This document shows positions 62,407 to 64,000 of a DNA stretch of 64,000 nucleotides, one piece after another. The translations under genes were made by a program, and so were the position numbers. This DNA is from Lama glama (taxonomy: Eukaryota). The notes beneath the pieces were generated by a model. It was not told the origin of the DNA. It did not search any database and saw nothing but the letters and a program-made list of their open reading frames with translations. The first letter of the stretch is position 1. Each line of letters starts with the position of its first letter. The stretch covers positions 34,224,001 through 34,288,000 of the forward strand of contig CM052832.1 in the NCBI GenBank assembly GCA_028534125.1, in the 5' to 3' direction.

Positions 62407-64000
62407 GTGAGGACGTTACCCCAGCAAGCCGCTGACCTTGGCGGACCGTGCGCCGGGGCTCCTGGGCGGAGAGCTGGGCGTTGCCCAAGGTGAGAACCTC
62501 GTGCCCACCTGCCGGCAGGTGAGGAAGGTGCGCCCTGCAGACAGATGACGCGCGGTGCCCCCGCACACAGTGACGTGGCCGGGGACCTTGTGGGCATCAA
62601 AAACGGCCCAGACCCATGGTGATGTAAGTACACGGGTTTCCACGACATAGGACGCCCCACACTGCTGGCGTGGTTTTTTTTTGGCGGGGGAGGGGGCGGC
62701 TGGCCTTCTGTTCACTTAGCTCGGATGCTACTGGATTTGTTTGTAAAAGTCGGCATGTGCTAGTTTTGTAAATAAAGGAGCAAAGATGCAGAAAGGGGAG
62801 GCGTGGCTGAGGCGCTCCATGTGGTGAGGAGTACAGGTGCGTCTGTGAGGGGGCGGGGAGCCCCAGGGGAGGCCGTGGACTTGCCTGAGGCTTAGCACCG
62901 CCGGGGCCCTGACCCGCCAGCGGCGTCTGGCCGGAGCCCCTGCCCTTGGCCCCGAGCGCGGGTCAGAATGACCTGGCTAGCGGCCCCTCCATCCGCTCGC
63001 TGCCCTTTGGGCCCTGTGCGCCTTCTGCGTGGTGAAGCTGGATTAACACACCGTGAAACAGGTGACCGTTTATCCGGGGACGCTGGCCATGGAAAAGCCA
63101 CGTGTCAGGCTGAGCATGGTTGTTTCAGAAGGTGGGTTTATTCCCCGTATCCTGAGAGGAGTTGTGCCCACAGCACTGGTGGGCGGACACCCTGCCAGCC
63201 GTCCATAAACTCTCCTCCTCTCTGAAAAGCCGCAGTCGCTCGCAGGCTCCTTGCCCCACGGCCACCTTCTGTAAACGACGCTTCATCCTCGCCCCGGCAC
63301 CGTGCTGGGTGCGGACATCAGGAGAAAACTGCCCGGCGCCTGTGGTCCAGGGTCTGCAGCTCCTGGGGGAGACAAAAACTTTCCATCCTCAGAGGCTGGA
63401 ACAGAGTCAGGAGACCACGGTCCCGGAGACAGATCAGCTCCCAGCCTGTTCTGTACACCCCACGAGCTAAGGATGGTTTCCACAATTTCAAATGTCGAAG
63501 AAAAGTCAAAAACAGGTTTCACGGCAGGAAAATGGTACAGAATTCAAAGCTTGGCATCCATAAACTACACTCTTCCTTACGTGTTTGGGGCACTGGAGCA
63601 GAAATTGGTCGCTGCGAGGGAGACGTGCCACCTTCAAGGCCTAAGCCCTTGCTCTCCAGCCTCCCAGGATGCTGCGGCCCGGCTTCGTGGGTGACCCTGG
63701 CATCAGGTCTTCGGTGGTAACAGCTTGAGGGCTTCTGGGTTGAAGCTCTCCTTTCAGTCCAGTGAGTGGGCCGCTCGGGCTGGGAGTCCCTGCAGCCACT
63801 GGGGACGCGCAAGGAGCTGCTCCTCCCGCGGGGCGTCTGCAGGCCGCGCGCTCTGGCAGCAGCGTCGTGGCCGACTCGTCCCCTCACACGGCACCGTGGG
63901 CGTCCCCTCCTCTCTGAGAGGCCAGTCGCCGTGGCACGTGCCACCGTCTAGTAACAGCTTCTCTAGGAAGAGAGGAGCGGCAGTTGCGTAACATGTGCCG

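Noticed and set aside
172-63991. Hundreds of 60-266 aa single-exon ORFs in the supplied track
   Set aside because: They overlap in all six frames, are Pro/Gly/Arg/Ala-rich, often lack ATG starts and contain no recognisable domain. This is expected from stop-codon scarcity in GC-rich DNA.
1-64000. Assignment to a named human orthologue
   Set aside because: None of the candidate peptides matched proteins I recall from GC-rich subtelomeric loci, so no gene symbol is given.

Overview
Eutherian (placental mammal) nuclear DNA: GC- and CpG-rich, subtelomere-like, with a 500-N scaffolding gap at 60452-60951. There are no prokaryotic features and no long protein-coding exon that I recognise. The supplied ORFs are mostly Pro/Gly/Arg/Ala-rich by-products of high GC. 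The window is dominated by old, degraded interspersed repeats (L1M fragments, L2, MIR, MER20, MER2, MER21-like and MLT LTRs), simple repeats and motif-dense enhancer-like islands. I saw no young order-specific SINE, which would fit a lineage such as megabats (inference). The most interesting signal is a chain of short, often AT-rich + strand segments (14-105 nt) with canonical splice signals. They can be spliced into one open frame of about 150 aa that I cannot assign to a known family, suggesting an unannotated or fast-evolving microexon-rich gene. L1 orientation bias independently fits + strand transcription. There are also candidate antisense spliced segments and a textbook recursive-splice-site motif. 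Repeat family calls are from remembered consensus motifs, not a database search. All gene models are hypotheses.
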